From Eledone cirrhosa (taxonomy: Eukaryota): a DNA stretch of 64,000 nucleotides. The translations under genes and the position numbers were made by a program. This document shows, one piece after another, positions 30,831 to 45,864 of the stretch (position 1 is the stretch's first letter; each line of letters begins with the position of its first letter). The stretch is taken from the NCBI GenBank assembly GCA_964016885.1, contig OZ024741.1, positions 360,716,001-360,780,000 of the forward strand, read 5' to 3'. The notes under the pieces are model-generated. The model saw only the letters and a list, made by a program, of their open reading frames with translations, was not told the origin of the DNA and ran no database searches.

Positions 30831-33800
30831 GTAGGCAGGGAACTTCATTGGATGTATACTTTGGCCTGTCCTCATGGGAGACGTATGGGAGGGTGAGGTG
30901 GGGCATACTGTATATATACTTCCATAATATGCATTTTCATATCACAATAAAAAAAATTACATTATAGACAGTTGGTATTAGCAGACAAGGTAAGGTTTAT
31001 TAATTGGTAACCAGTAATCGGTCAATTGATTTAACAGTGCATCCTTACTTGTCACACTGAAAAATTCAAACATTCTTCATTTCTTTCTACTTTTTCTTTG
31101 TATTTATAAACAAATTAACTAGGTTGGAGCAGAGCAACAAATGTAGGTGTTTCATCATTGTCATTGGTGGCAGTGGCATCATAATTTAGTGTCTGTTCTC
31201 CCATGCAAGCATGAGTTGGACAGGTCATCATAGGCCAAGTTAGAACTTAATCGGAGCTACTATCCTCCAAGACAAGCCAGAGGTAGACATGGGAATATTG
31301 TATATTATGTTCAGGTTTTGGCATGGTTTCTACAGCTGGATGCCCCTTTATATCTATTGTATATGCATGATTCTTATGAAAGCAATTTATCCACACCTCT
31401 TTAACCCTTTAGCATTTAAACTGGCCATATCCAGCCAGAATTCTCTCACCTCTTTCTGTTCAAACCAACTGTAACTGGACACTCATACTGATGTTAAGGT
31501 ATTGTTCTCAAAATAAATAACATCAAAATTTCTTAGATTTGATATTATGTGAGGTAATTATGTAAGATAAAGCTTTTACCACAAAAATATTACATATATA
31601 TAGAGTAATGTAGATGCCAAAGGGTTAAAATTGTAGGCTCATGCCTACTATTTTAAGGGGCTTATTTAACTTGCCTCTTTCTAGATTTTTTACCTAGTTC
31701 TATAACTTGTAACATCATGGATACCACATGTATATGTATATACTTGTAACCACACACAAATCATATGTATTTAGTGCTGCTTACTAAAATAATTAATGTG
31801 CAATTTGAAATGGGGTCTACATTTTCTATCTGGTGGAGATCAATTGCTAGCTTTGTCGGCAGTCTAAATTTTACGTCGAAACTGAAGCATATAGACAGTA
31901 TGCCCCCAACCTCACCCACTGTAAAGTGGTCATGTAGGTGTCACAACAAAAAGCACCCACTCCACACTGTAATGTGGTTATGTAGGTGCCATGATAAAAA
32001 GCACCCAATACTCACTGTAAATGAGGTTGGTGTTAGGAAGGGCATCCAGTTATAGAAATCAAGCAAAAATCAGTTCTGTACGAGCAAGACATGGTCACCT
32101 GACCTGGCATTACCCACAACAGGACAACTCGTCTAACCCATGCTAGCGTGGAAAAATGGACTTAAAACGGTGATGATAATGATGATAATGATGATGATGA
32201 CCATGGGCCTATTACCAACTGTGAACAAACCTACACACAACATACAGGACATTAGATCCAATAAAAGCCAGTCCTATGTCAAATAATACAAATTAGAGCT
32301 GGTGTTGTTTTCCTTTTTGTTTTGTTTGTGTCTCTTTATGTATGGTGGCAAAATGGCAGAGTCATTTGAACATCCGATTAAATGCTTTGGTATTTTCATC
32401 AGATTAAATGGCTTGGTATTTGCTAGGAGTTTCAACCAGCATATAGTATCAGCAATGGAAAGATGAATGAAAACAATGTTTCCTTGGTCTGATCTGATGA
32501 TGTATGAAGAATAGCTTGTTTACTGGAGTATTAGTGGATCAGTAATTGTGTGAATACTATCTTAACGTACATATTTATGTAATTTTTGTATCCTTATATT
32601 TATTCATGTGACAGACATGGCATAGTGGTTAAGGTGCTGTATTCATGATCATAAAGTTGTGAGTTTGATTCCAAGCCGAGTGTTGTTATGTCCTTAAACA
32701 AGATACTTTATTTCATGTTGCTTCAGTACACTCATCTGGCAAAAATGAATTGCACCTGTAATTCAAGAGGCAAGCATTATTACATATTGTGTCACACTGG
32801 ATCTCCCTGAGAACTACATTAAAAGAACCTGTGGCTGGAATATTCAGCCACTTACATGAGCAGGCAGTTCTATTAATTGATACAACTGGAGCACTTAGGA
32901 ACAACAGACGTCCAACAACACATATTTCTGGCAAGATTGATTCCTTCTCTTATATTTTCCTATCTATAATATATATCTTACACAGATATAATAAATATAT
33001 TATGAGATATATAATATAATATAATATAATATATGATAATATAATATATTATAATATATATCTATATATAGTACTGGTGATCTACATGATAAAAGCACCC
33101 AGTACACACTGTAAAGTGGTTGGTGATAGGAAGGAAATCTTACCAAACAAGGAGTTGGGAGGACCCTTCAGCTTATGTCAAGAGACATGACAACCTCTCC
33201 TGTGCACTTGATAGAACATATGTCTTTACATGAGATGCAGGCACCACCATCCTGACATGTTTGTGAGGTCAGCAGCCCCACTTCAGTTCTGACTAAGTCT
33301 GTGTAGACCCATCCAACTGTGACTAGCAAGAAAAGCAGAAGTTAAATGATAATAGTGATGATATACATAATATGGCTATGAAAATATGATTTATATAATA
33401 GGATATATGAAACTGTAAACACAATATCACTAGGCAAATAAGTAATTATCTTATCTTTGCTTATCTTGTTTCTAAGAAATGCCCAATTGTGCTCTCTATA
33501 CTTCTTCAGGTCATTTTTACTTTTCTGTATCTCTTTATCCATATATAATTTCCCATTTTATACTCATCATCCTATCACACTGGTGGAAGTAAACAATGTG
33601 GAATCAAATTACAAATTAGATAAGAAAAGAAAAAAACCTTGATAGATTATTCAAATGCACTTTAAGTTTGCTCTAAATATATTCTAAATATTATTACAAA
33701 AACATCCAACTGAGAGTAAGGAAAACATACAACAAGGAACAAATATTCTAAAATAGTGTGGTAGCTAGAAAGCAATATGGTGGAATTGATAAGGTATTAT

Positions 33801-33964
33801 CAATATGGTTGCTCATAGGTCAACTGGGCAGTGTTTATCCTCCACTGCAACACTGGCAAGATAACATTTAAAGGTAAGTAAATGTTACATGGCCTGCAAT
33901 ATGTCTCAGTTTCTCATCAAAATATAGCTAGACCTTCTGGTCTCATGCCAAGAGGTTCTTCTTC

Positions 33965-34390
33965 TTTACCCACTTATTCCTGGGAGGATCGTGGAGGCAA
34001 AGTCCTCAAACACTCCTTCCAGTGTGTCCTATTAGAAGCAACCATTTCCAACTGATCCGGCTGGATCCCCAAGCATGACCAGCCAAGCTCATGGATGTTA
34101 TCCAACCATTTTGCTTCTGGTCTACCCCTGGGTCTCCTGCTGGTTGCTTTTGCACATAAAATCTATCCAGCGATTCCTTCCTGAGACATTCTAACCACAT
34201 GCCCATAGTATTGGAGCTGTGATCTCTCAATTCAGAGAAGTAGCGACTCTACCTGGATTGACTCTCTGATCTCCAAGCTACGCACTATATCGAGTAACGC
34301 TACTCTAAAGACCTTTAGGAGGAACCCCATTCCAGCTGCTTGTATTTGCGATCGTATTCTTTCAGTCATTACCCAAGATTCATGACCAAC
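33965..34390 (-). mobile_element. 3' fragment of a third RTE lineage
   Basis: Minus strand GHESWVMTERIRSQIQAAGMGFL...SQLQYYGHVVRMS...RRPRGRP. Confidence 0.85.
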
Positions 34391-35649
34391 AGGTTCTAAA
34401 CTAACTTTTTCAGAATACTCTTATCAGCTACTCTTAAACCAAGGAATGGAATGGACCTCCATGTATTTTGATGATCAGCATTCCAGTTGTTTGATCAATA
34501 CAATAAAACTACTTTAAAACTCTTCTTACTCTAACAATGCAATCCGTCTTAATAGTAAATACTTTTCTTACTCTCGGACAGTCTACACCTGTGTTAATTC
34601 TTGCCCTCATCAGATTTATCAACCGGTCCTAGGGTGTCTTTAGCAGAAGACCATTCTGTTGCAAGAATTCAGACAAGATCACCCTCCTACCAGTTTCCTA
34701 CCTTGGAAAAGATCCTGAGCACTGCTATTCTTCCTGACTAAGCAATAAAAAAAATCCTAATTGGACTGGAGCAAGGAGCATTTTAGTAGTAGTAGTAGTA
34801 GTAGGGGGGTGGGGGGCAGAAGCATTAGAAGTGGTAGATACACAAACACACATACATACATATGTACATACATGCAGACATACATACATATATACATACA
34901 TACACGTTTATGTGTGTATATATGTCCAACTCTTGCTAACAGGAAAAACTGTCCATTAAATAATTATCTATATATAATTGCACACACACACCTACACCCA
35001 CACACACACACCACACACACCACACACATCTACATATACATACATATATATTAGTTGCGGTAGCATAATTGGTGATGATATTGGTGATTATACTTATAGT
35101 ATCTTAACTATGAATAGACTGCATTATAAATTCATAAATTGTTGTGATTTGATCTAAGTTAGATAAAGGAGGAAAAACTTGATTTGTATGTACTAAAAAT
35201 GTTATCAGGAACAGGAAGTTAAGATTTGATGAGATGCTTAATGTAACATATGGCCTTAGACAGAGAATAACAGGAAAAGATATTTTACACCATTACCTGT
35301 TTTCGTGGGCGATTTTAATTGCGGTCACTCTGTTGCAAACATTAAGGTCAGGTCATTGGTTTCATGATAACCGCACCAAATACACTCTGCAAAGTGGTTG
35401 TGGAGATGCCACAAAAAAACAATCACCCAGTACATTCTGTATGGTGGTTGACATTAAGAAGAGCATTGAGCCATAGAAACCATGTCAAATATGGATTTAA
35501 TTATCAAAGTGGAAGTTGCTCTGACCTGTCTGGTCTCAGACTATGACAACCAGTCCAACACATGACTGCATGGAAAGTGGGCATAAAATGGTGATGATGA
35601 TGATGATGATTGTGATTGTGATGTTTTACATCAGTTTGACATTGTTTTC

Positions 35650-36778
35650 ATGCTAACAAACTGTGTATATCTAGTTTAGAATAGATACAGTGTATCCTTG
35701 TGTGTTGCAAGCGGCAACTGAAAGGAATTGTGCAAGAAAGGGCCACAGAACACTGTTTCAATAAAGAACCCCATGATGAGTATAGGGTTATCAAACTGAT
35801 GGACCAAGTTTTTAAAGTATCAGAAAAAGTGTTAGCATAAATTATTAGAAAGAATTAGTTTAAATGAGATACAATTTTGGATTTGTGCCAGACAGGGTAC
35901 CAGTGATGCTCTCTGCCTAGTGGGACAACTACAGAAGTTATTAATTAAGTGTAAGCGTCATCAATCTGAAAAAGACTTTGAGAGGGGTTCGTACTCTGTA
36001 GTTTGATGGTAACAAACCCCTTATAGAGATGCCATCAGCAAGTGAGAGTTAGCAATGAGTTCCATGAAGACTTTTGCATGCAGGTAAATGTCCATCATGA
36101 CTTGGTTCTTAGCCCACTTCCTTTTTATTGTAGTTTTCCAGCAGTATAAGACCTGCTGTCCCACTGTGCAATTGACCTAGTCCTCATAGCTGAATTTTTT
36201 CAAGATTAAAAATAAAAAAACGTGGCAAAGTGGTAAGAGTAGCCATGAAATGATTTTTAATCAAGTGCATGGAAGGTTCCACAGAGGCAATTGATACATT
36301 CTCTTTTGCAAATGACTGTACTAAAAAAATGTCCAGTGAAAGAATGTGTGAGAAGTTAGGAGACCTCTGCTAACAACAAAAGGATTTCCTCTTCAAGTGA
36401 AGAGTAGAGTGTATGATGCTTGTGCAACAAGACATGAGGATTGAATATAGTGAATATGCAAAGGTTGGAAATGAAATGAAGCAAGCATGCTTCATGGGAT
36501 TTGTAATGTTATTGAGTATGAAAGCCAGATATGAGCTGGAGATAAGTGGAATCAGAAGTAGCATACAAAAGAAAACCACTCTAGTATGAGCATGTGATGT
36601 GTACAGAGGCTGATAGTTGGGTGTATTGCCATGGGATTCCACTGGAAGGAACTTATGAAAGAGAAATACTGAAGACAAAAGTGATCTCAGAATGCTGAAC
36701 CTCATGTAGGAGATAATGACTTACTGGGACAAGTGGCAAGATGGTAAAAAGGAGAAGATACATCTAATGATGAAGACA

Positions 36779-36780
<2 letters not shown>
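35650..36780 (+). pseudogene. Very degraded RTE LINE fragment
   Basis: Remnants such as YRVIKLMDQV, FGFVP, VLSPL, KGFPL, ERNEASML-like. Confidence 0.65.
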
Positions 36781-36840
<60 letters not shown>

Positions 36841-37127
36841 CGTGTGTGTGTGTGTGTGTCTGTGTGCAAAATGGTCATGTAGGTGTCACAACAAAAAGCA
36901 CCCAGTCCATACTGTAAAGTGGTCACAATAAAAAGCACCCAGTACTCACTTTAAATGAGGTTGGTGTTAGGAAGGGCATCCAGCTGTAGAAATCAAGCCA
37001 GAATCAGTTCTGTGTGAGCAAGACATGGTCACCTGACCTGTCATGGCCCACAACAGAACAACTCATCTAACCCATGCTAGAGTGGAAGAATGGACGTAAA
37101 ATGGTGATAATGATGATGGTGATAATG

Positions 37128-37162
<35 letters not shown>

Positions 37163-37180
37163 ATATATTATATATATATA

Positions 37181-37790
37181 TGGTGGCTGCCAACTCGTTT
37201 TCGAGTACGGCCACTACTTTATATCCATGTAGGAGAACCCCTACCGATGCGCTGAACGAGTGTGACTTTTGAGTCCAGCCAGCGACTTGAAAACTCTGGT
37301 ACAAACACTACACCTGTGACAATTATTGACACACAGTGCTGGGCCCATGGTACCATGTGATGACAAGTGCAGAGAGATCTCCAGATATAAAGCAATGCCT
37401 GTGCCGTGAAGCTTTTATAGTGAGCAAAGGCATTGCACAAAGCCAGTCCCACTCTCTTAACCAAGATGATATTTACCAAAAAGAAGAACAAGTCAACATC
37501 ATTGGATACCATCAGGGTTGCAGGTGTTATATCAGAGTTTTCCTTCTCCTAGAATTCTGCCTTGACAAAGGCTAAGGGGTCATCTCTCCCGGTGATTTTG
37601 GAAGGCCATTGACTCTTAAGAGCTCCTTTGCCCTTTGACAGGTTTTGTTTTTAGTCCTGCAGGATGTCCAAAGTCACCCTCCTCACCAAGAAACCTTGGT
37701 GGGGTTGCCAGTTTAGTCGCCAACGACCCGACCATGAGACAGGTTGTACTGGGATACATGTTACCAGTAGCACCAACTGGTGACCTGACA
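37181..37790 (-). mobile_element. 610-bp internally deleted RTE derivative, copy 2
   Basis: Same length and endpoints as 14415-15024, with about eight substitutions by eye. Confidence 0.75.
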
Positions 37791-37792
37791 CA

Positions 37793-37825
<33 letters not shown>

Positions 37826-37899
37826 TATACATATACACAAATATATACATATGCACACATGATACATCATCTAAGATTATTTTACTGACTATACTAAAA

Positions 37900-38120
37900 T
37901 CCTTATTTTGTAAAATAAGTGAACATTTGTGTGAAAGTTATTCAATTGTTTTTATGGTTCTTCAGTCTAATAAAAGTCTGGTGTTTTTTTAGTACATCAT
38001 TTTCATTTATCTTTTATGGTATTGTGTTTTATGGCTGGGTTGTGTGTTGTATTGATTTCTTTGTTTATACTGCAGTAGACTTTTTTCAAGGAATTTGTGA
38101 TGTTTATATTATAAGAGGTT
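37900..38120 (-). pseudogene. Penelope-like (Neptune-type) RT N-terminal remnant
   Basis: Minus strand NITNSLKKVYCSINKEIN...KDK followed by FIRLKNHKNN, resembling the NIT..YKK...IN.E...AFITLKDHK.NF motif. Confidence 0.5.
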
Positions 38121-39413
38121 ATATATATATGTGATGATGATGGTGGTGGTGATATATATATACATATATACATTTGTATATATATATTTATATATATATA
38201 CACATACATCATCATCATCATCATCATCGATTAACGTCCATCTTCCACACTAGCATAAGTTAGACGGGTCCCATTTAGAGGCAAATTGTGTCAGGTGACC
38301 GTGTCTCGCTCATATAGGAGTGTTTCTGGCTGGTTTTCTACGGCTCGATGCCCTTCCTAATGCCAACCACATTGACAGTGTGGGCTGGGTGCTTTTTGCT
38401 GTGTCTTTTACACATCCACTTTACAGTGTTAAATATCTTTGCTTACCTTGTATAAACTATTTTTCTTTTAAACATATATATATGTGTATTTGCTGACAAA
38501 AAGTGAACTTCAGCTGCTTGCAGAACAGTCTTTTATTCTTTTACTGGTTTCAATCTGGCAAATTTCATTCATGAAGCATTTTGTCAAGTGGACTGAACAT
38601 AAAACCATGAGGTTGTGAAGCGAACTCTTTAACCACGCAACCAAGCCTGCCCACAGCTATCAAATGTCATAATGCAAATGTATTACAAACAAACCATAAA
38701 CTAAAAGAACCAATATGCAATCACTAAAGTATGACAGGAAAATGCATAATCAACCTATCAGTTGATATCACCACAAATAGTACACTGACCACCTCTATTG
38801 GATGCATAGAGAGCATCCATACAAAAATTACTTGCATAATGACAACAACTCAGTCTGCCATTTAGAAAACAGCATGACTCTGTCAAAATGTATTTGGTGA
38901 GGAAGAAATAAGTGAAACAACACAAACATTAATCTGGAGAGAGTACCAATGTTTAGAAATGGGTTAAGTTACAGAGAAACTTCACATCATTTATCACTCT
39001 AGTTAATTCTATCACTCCCCACTCTACAAAAAAAAAATGAAATAATTTTTGATAACTGCCACATGTTCAAAATCTTATGATTTATAAAGAAGACACTCTT
39101 GATTCATTACAAATGCATGTGACCTGCTAATGTGCCATGCAACCCTGCAACCCTGCAGCCTTGCTACATTGAGTCTTATTCAAAACCTTCAGTCAATATC
39201 TATTAGTTATTTTGACTCACTAAATAAGTACAAAGCTTGTCATACAAACCTTTTAAGTATGGATTAGTATTACTAGTTATCACACACATAGTTAATAATA
39301 GTTGATAACTCTCATTTGATAACTCTCTTTCATACTGTGGCACTAAGAAAGTCTATTTTTAACTTACAAAACTTAACTGTAATACAGGTATTATGTAAAT
39401 GTGTGTATGCATG

Positions 39414-39449
<36 letters not shown>

Positions 39450-41178
39450 GGTGGTGGTGGTGGTGGTGGTGGTGGTGGTGGTGGTGGTGGTGGTGGTGGT
39501 GGTGGTGGTAGTAGTTTTATAGAGTTAGGACTTTATCTGTGGAATGCTCCTAGTTTGGGGTTGAGTGTGAGATTCGGTAGTGATAATGAGAAGAGGAGAA
39601 ATGGTTGTTGTTTAGCCCCAGGTTAGCACTGATCAAGTAGGAATTGCAGATGTGACCATCCCATCTTTTGAGCTTTTGTGTTTTTTTTCCAATTCATTGT
39701 ATCTACGACCTCATCACCCAATGCACCCTCCTTTTTAAAAATAAAGACAGTAGAGCATATTATTTGAGAGATTTGGCTGTTATTTCTAACAGGTGGAGCA
39801 GTCATGTAGAGATGTCTTTGTTGGAGAAGTGGATGAAACAAATGCACAATTGCAAAGGTGATATGCAACTTTCTAGTTAAGAGGAGAATAACATGAATCC
39901 CCTAATAACTATATTTTTCTCCCCAAACTACCAAAACTCACATCTATTTGTATATGCGCTACAATTTATGTACATGCTATGTTTATCCCATATCTAAGTT
40001 TTTTATATCTTGGTTGATATTTCATAACAAGCTAAACTAATTACTACAACTAAATTGACCAAATTCCGCCCCCGCTCCCCATCCAATTCAGAAATGCTTC
40101 CATCACTCCTTGATTCATGCATATTATCCAGCATGTTTAATTCATTTCTCTCAACCATTTGCACATCCTCTTCTCTCCATTCAATGCTTATGTTTATAAT
40201 TAGTCACACAAAGACCCTTCTCATATATTTTTGGCAGCCAGCACTGATTATTTCTTCAAACATGTTCATCAATTAGGTTACTGGTATGCATCAATGATCA
40301 GCATTCATATATATTAGTATGCCTGTTATATTTTATAGCTTCCGGAGTTATCAATATAATAGAGACAATGTGGTTGGCTAATGAGACAGATGAATGATGT
40401 CTTCTTAACTGGCTAACTAGAACTATAACAATAGAAATGAAATACTCGGAATAGTAGCCATCATATCAATTGTCAATACCACCACCACCATTTTCACTTT
40501 TAGCTTCCTCCTATCATCATAATTCTCATACACATTATTGTCACCTGGATTGGCAGAGCGTCAGATACCATGCTTTGCAGCATAGAGTTATGGCCCTTTC
40601 CGTTCTGAGTTCAAATCCCGCCGGGGTAAGCTTTGCCCTTCATCCTTATGGGGTCGATAAAATAAAGTACCAGTAATGCACTGGGGTTGATTTAATCGAC
40701 TTTCCCATCTGCTTCAAATTGCTGACCTTGTGCTTAAAGTAGAAACAATTATTGTCACCATATTTTATACTTATGTGATGCTCTAAAGAGAAGTTCATTG
40801 AGCTTTTTACTGAGAAACATTATTTATATATATTCTGTAAAGTGGTCATGTAGGAAACACAGCAAAAGGCACCCAGCACACGCTGTAAATGTGGTTGGCG
40901 TTAGGAAGGGCATCCAGTCGTAGAAAACCAGCCAGAAACAGTCCTATACGAGACAGTCACCCGACCAAACTTGCCTCAAATGGGACAAACCCGTCTAACC
41001 CATGCTAGCATGGAAGATAGACATTAAATGATGATGATGATGATGATAATGATATAGAAGATTGATTTTTAAAAAATGCTAATCGCAGCTGCAACTTCGA
41101 TTTTACTCACTATTATCATATATATATATATATATATATATCATCATCATCTTCATTTAACGTTCATTTTAATATATT

Positions 41179-41396
41179 TAATGTTAAACAATGAAAGAAT
41201 AAGACAAGGTGAAATAGTTAATTAATCCATTGCTTTACAATTGGAATAAATGTGGTTGTTCAAGGCTAATTGTATTGAGTTGCATAACTGCCATTGATTA
41301 GTCTGCACATCAATGATTTTACTCTCTCTAATGATTCTAAAACAATGGATTAATTTACTCCTCTAGTTTGTCTTATCCTTTTATAGTTTAACATTA
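41179..41396. mobile_element. MITE with ~65-bp imperfect terminal inverted repeats
   Basis: TAATGTTAAACAATGAAAGAATAAGACAAG...ATTAATCCATTG versus CAATGGATTAAT...TTGTCTTATCCTTTTATAGTTTAACATTA. Confidence 0.65.
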
Positions 41397-41562
41397 TATA
41401 TCTGGCTCTGTAGTTTTGAATATTCATCACCATATATGGCGATATGATCTTTCCACAGAAACAACTTTCGCTTTGCTTCAGTGGGATATTCACATAAATA
41501 CTACATCAAATTCTCAAATGGTTATAATTCCTACCTGGATTAGATAGAACATATACACACAC

Positions 41563-41621
<59 letters not shown>

Positions 41622-41638
41622 TGTGTGTGTCTGTGTGT

Positions 41639-41694
<56 letters not shown>

Positions 41695-41721
41695 TGATGA
41701 TGGTAATGATATACATATACA

Positions 41722-43725
41722 TTTATCCGAAGGACTGGCGTAGCAGCATCATCATTAACTGTTACAAGGGTAAAGGAGATGCCCTAGATAGGAGTAACTA
41801 TAGAGGCATTAAATTAATCGACCAGGTCATGGAGGTCACGGAAAAAGTAATAGCACAACTAATCAGAGAGAGAATTGATCTAGATGAAATGCAGTTCGGG
41901 TTTATGTCAGGCAAAAGTACGACAGACGCTCTTTTCATTGTACGACAACTACAGGAGAAGTACCTAGCTAAAAGTAAACCCCTATACTTAGCTTTTGTTG
42001 ACTTGGAGAAAGCCTTCGACAGAGTCCCCCGTTCCATTATCTGGTGGGCTCTTAGAAAACTAGGTGTTGATGAATGGCTTGTGAGAGCTATACAAGCCAT
42101 GTATAAAGAAACAGTCAGCAAGGTTAGAATTAACAACGAATATAGTGAAGAGTTTAGTGTAAAAGTTGGTGTTCATCAGGGCTCTGTTCTTAGCCCCCTA
42201 CTATTTATTATTGCCCTTCAGGCTATAACAGTAGAGTTCAAGACCGGCTGCCCATGGGAACTCCTATACGCAGATGATCTAACGCTCATAGCTGAATCAA
42301 TGGCCGAGCTAGAGAAGAAATTCCAAACATGGAAGCACGGCCTAGAATCAAAAGGCCTTAAAATTAACCTGGCTAAGACTAAAGTTCTAGTTTGTAGGAA
42401 AGAAAATAAGGCGCCGGTCCCTTCCGGGAAATGGCCATGCTCAGTGTGTAGGAAAGGCGTAGGTAGAAACTCCATTTTATGTCCCAAATGCAAAGTATGG
42501 GTGCATAAAAGATGTAGTGGGATCACAGGTAAGCTAACTAAGAACATAGATTTTACATGTGGCCGGTGCTCTGGTACAATAAGTAGCAGCAGGTGCCCAC
42601 AAAATACTAGCTCTTTCAATTGCGCAGAGGGTTCTATAGAAATAGTGGACAGCTTCCATTACCTGGGTGACAAAATCAGCAGTGGGGGAGGGTGCTCTGA
42701 AAGTACAGTAGCTAGAGTCAGAACTGGATGGAAAAAGTTCAGAGAGCTCATACCACTATTAGCCGCTAAAGAGTTCTCCCTAAAAATGAAAGGCAGGTTG
42801 TATGATGCCTGCATACGAACAGCAATGTTGCATGGCAGTGAGACCTGGGCATTGTGTGCAGAGAATATACGCAGACTAGAGAGGAACGAAGCTTGCATGC
42901 TCCGCTGGATGTGTAATAGTAATATACGTGAACGGCAAAGCATAAACGAACTAAGGAAAAAATTAGAAATAAGAGGGATCAGATGTTGTTTACTTGAGAG
43001 AAGGCTACGTTGGTATGGTCACGTGATGCGCATGAAAGACGACAGCAGTATAAAAAAGTGCAGGGCAATAAAGATAGACGGTAGCCACGGAGTAGGCAGA
43101 CCCAGAAAAACCTGGGACGACCTGATAAATTCCGACCTCACACACTTACACCTCTCCAAGACAATGTCACTGGACCGAGATCTTTGGGGGGTACTCAGTA
43201 ATACAGAAGACCCGCCTTACCTAAAATACAAAGTAAAACCTACTACAGTCAGTAGGCATCTCTAACAAAACACACCCCCGTCACACCACCCCCACCCATC
43301 CACACCGCCCCTTTCAATGTAAAGTTATGTTGGTGCCACAACATCCAGGCCGAAACAAATGAGATCATGTAGGTGTCACGACAAAAAAACACACAGTCCA
43401 CGCTGTAATGTGGCCGTGTAGGCAACACGGTAAAAACCTCCCAGTCCCACACTGTAAATGTGGTTGGTGTTAAGAAGGGCATCCAGCTGTAGAAAACCCG
43501 CCAGACAGTCCACGCTGTAATGTGGCCATGTAGGCAACACGGTAAAAACCTCCCAGTCCCACACTGTAAATGTGGTTGGTGTTAAGAAGGGCATCCAGCT
43601 GTAGAAAACCCGCCAGACAGTCCTATGCAAGCAAGACAATCACTCTTGCCTCAAGTGGGAAAACTCCCGTCCAAACCCATGCAAGCGTGGAACACGGACG
43701 TTAAACGATGATGATGATGATGATG
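41722..43725 (+). mobile_element. RTE-clade LINE subfamily B, 5'-truncated, RT frame open to ~43190, long 3' UTR
   Basis: [50 protein letters not shown]-like finger, LHGSETW. A frameshift near 43190 changes the C-terminus relative to the 55777-56382 copy. Confidence 0.96.
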
Positions 43726-43731
43726 GCAATG

Positions 43732-43829
<98 letters not shown>

Positions 43830-44096
43830 CCTGAATAAAATCAGGGGGCAACCACAGTTAAAAACGTTACTCAATACATAAGTTGAGTGTAAGCATCATT
43901 ATTTAATATTGGCGGTGGATTGGCAGTATCGGTAGAGGGTCGGACGCCATGCTTTGACGCATAGAGTTACGGTCCTTGCCATTCTGAGTTCAAATGCCGC
44001 CAAGGTTTACTTTGCCGTTCATCCTTACGGGGTCGATAAAATAAAGTATCAGTAATGCACTGGGTAATTGCTGGCCTTGTGCCTAAAGTAGAAACA

Positions 44097-44191
44097 ATTA
44101 TTTAATATAATATTGCTTCTACAGGGCTAGAACTGTTTCATTCGTATGAAACAGTTCTAGTCCTGTAAAAGCCATTTCTATATTAAGTAAT
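44097..44191. repeat. ~95-bp palindrome (hairpin/MITE)
   Basis: TACAGGGCTAGAACTGTTTCAT-TCGT-ATGAAACAGTTCTAGTCCTGTA with extended flanking pairing. Confidence 0.9.
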
Positions 44192-45864
44192 GATATCATC
44201 ATCATCACCGTTTTACGTCCGTTCTTCCACACTAGCATGGGTTAGACGGGTTGTCCTGTTGTGACCAGTCTCCGGTCGGCTGACCTTGTCTTGTTCAAGG
44301 AAACAACACATCACCCGGTCCGGGAATTGAACGGATATATATATCCAGCCCACACTGTGAAGCGGTCATGTAGATGTCACGAGTAAAAGCACCCAGCCCA
44401 CACTGTAAATGTAGTTGGCATTAGAAAGGGTATCCAACCGTAGAATCCAAGCCAGAAACAGTCCTATATGAGCAAAACATGGTTACCCAACCCAAATGGT
44501 CTGTAATGGGATAACCTGTCTAACCTATGCTAGCGTGGAAAATAGATATTAAATGATGATGATGATATCACCAGTATCATCATCGCTTCTTCCATCCTCC
44601 TCATCATCATTGTAATCATCATCACCATCTACATCATATTATCATGATTATCAATACCAACATCGCTATTATCATAATCCCTATCACCACCACCACCATC
44701 ATCATTCTAGATATCATACTTATCATCACTGCTTCACTCCCATCCCCATCCTCATCATATCGTGATTATCAATACAAGCATCACTATTACCATCATTCTG
44801 GCTATCATCTTTATCAATCCTCACCACCTTCCTTCACTCTCATCATCATCATTATGATCATGGTCACCATCACTACCTTGTCATCATAAGTAAAAATCAT
44901 CATCATCGCTACCACCACCATCACCACCTGGTCATCATCATCATCATGTATCTTTATCTTCTGCCAGCATTACTTGGGTGCCTCCTCCCCTTCTCTGTTT
45001 CTGTTAGTTGTTCTACATTAATCACTATTCCCAGTTCACTCTTGGCTTAACACTGTATTTTGTAAAAAGTACAGCTAACTCCTACCTACTTTACTCCATA
45101 TAGAGTACACAGTTAACTTCTACCATGGCTAGATTAAAGTAACTAAGGGCCCTATGCTAGAGAATATTTAGGGCTATCATAACTTTGCCTTTCATCCTTA
45201 CGGGGTCGATAAAATAAAGTACCAGTAATGCACTGGGTAATTGGTGGCCTTGTGCCTAACGTAGAAACAATTATCTATTCACAAGAAACTCAATAAAAAT
45301 TAAAAGTACATTAACCCTTTTGCATTTAAACCAGCTGTATCCGGCCAGAATTCTCTCACCTCTTTCTGTTCAAACCGGCTGTAACCGGTTGCTCATACTG
45401 ACGATAAGGTATTATCTCAATATAAATTATATCAAAATCTCATACATTCAATATTATGTGAGGTAAAGCTTTTACCATGAAAATATAATAGTAAATATAG
45501 AGTATGTGAATGCTAAAGGGTTAGTGTAGGCCTGCACATAGAACAATGCTGAGATTCCAGCATTGATCCATGTCAACTTCCAAAATAGAGGTGACACCCA
45601 AAGAAAAAGAAATACATTTAATAACAATTATAGTCTAGTTTTTGATAATAATGTCATGTTCCATAGCAATATTTTAATAAGTATTTAAAATGGCATGGGG
45701 CTACTCAGGCTATGAGGTTCTGGGCTGCAGTCCACTTAGCTGGTACTGACTCCAGCCTTTTACACTCTGTATGGAGTACACAGTTGACCCTTATTTTCTT
45801 TACTCTATAAAGATTACAGTTAAGCAGTTTTCTTTACTGTGTACTCTGTATAGAGTACACAGTT

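Noticed and set aside
39399-39626. Poly-Ser/poly-Gly protein
   Set aside because: (AGT)n(GGT)n microsatellite.
41571-41721. Cys/Val-repeat N-terminus of the 564-aa ORF
   Set aside because: (GT)n microsatellite in frame with the truncated LINE.
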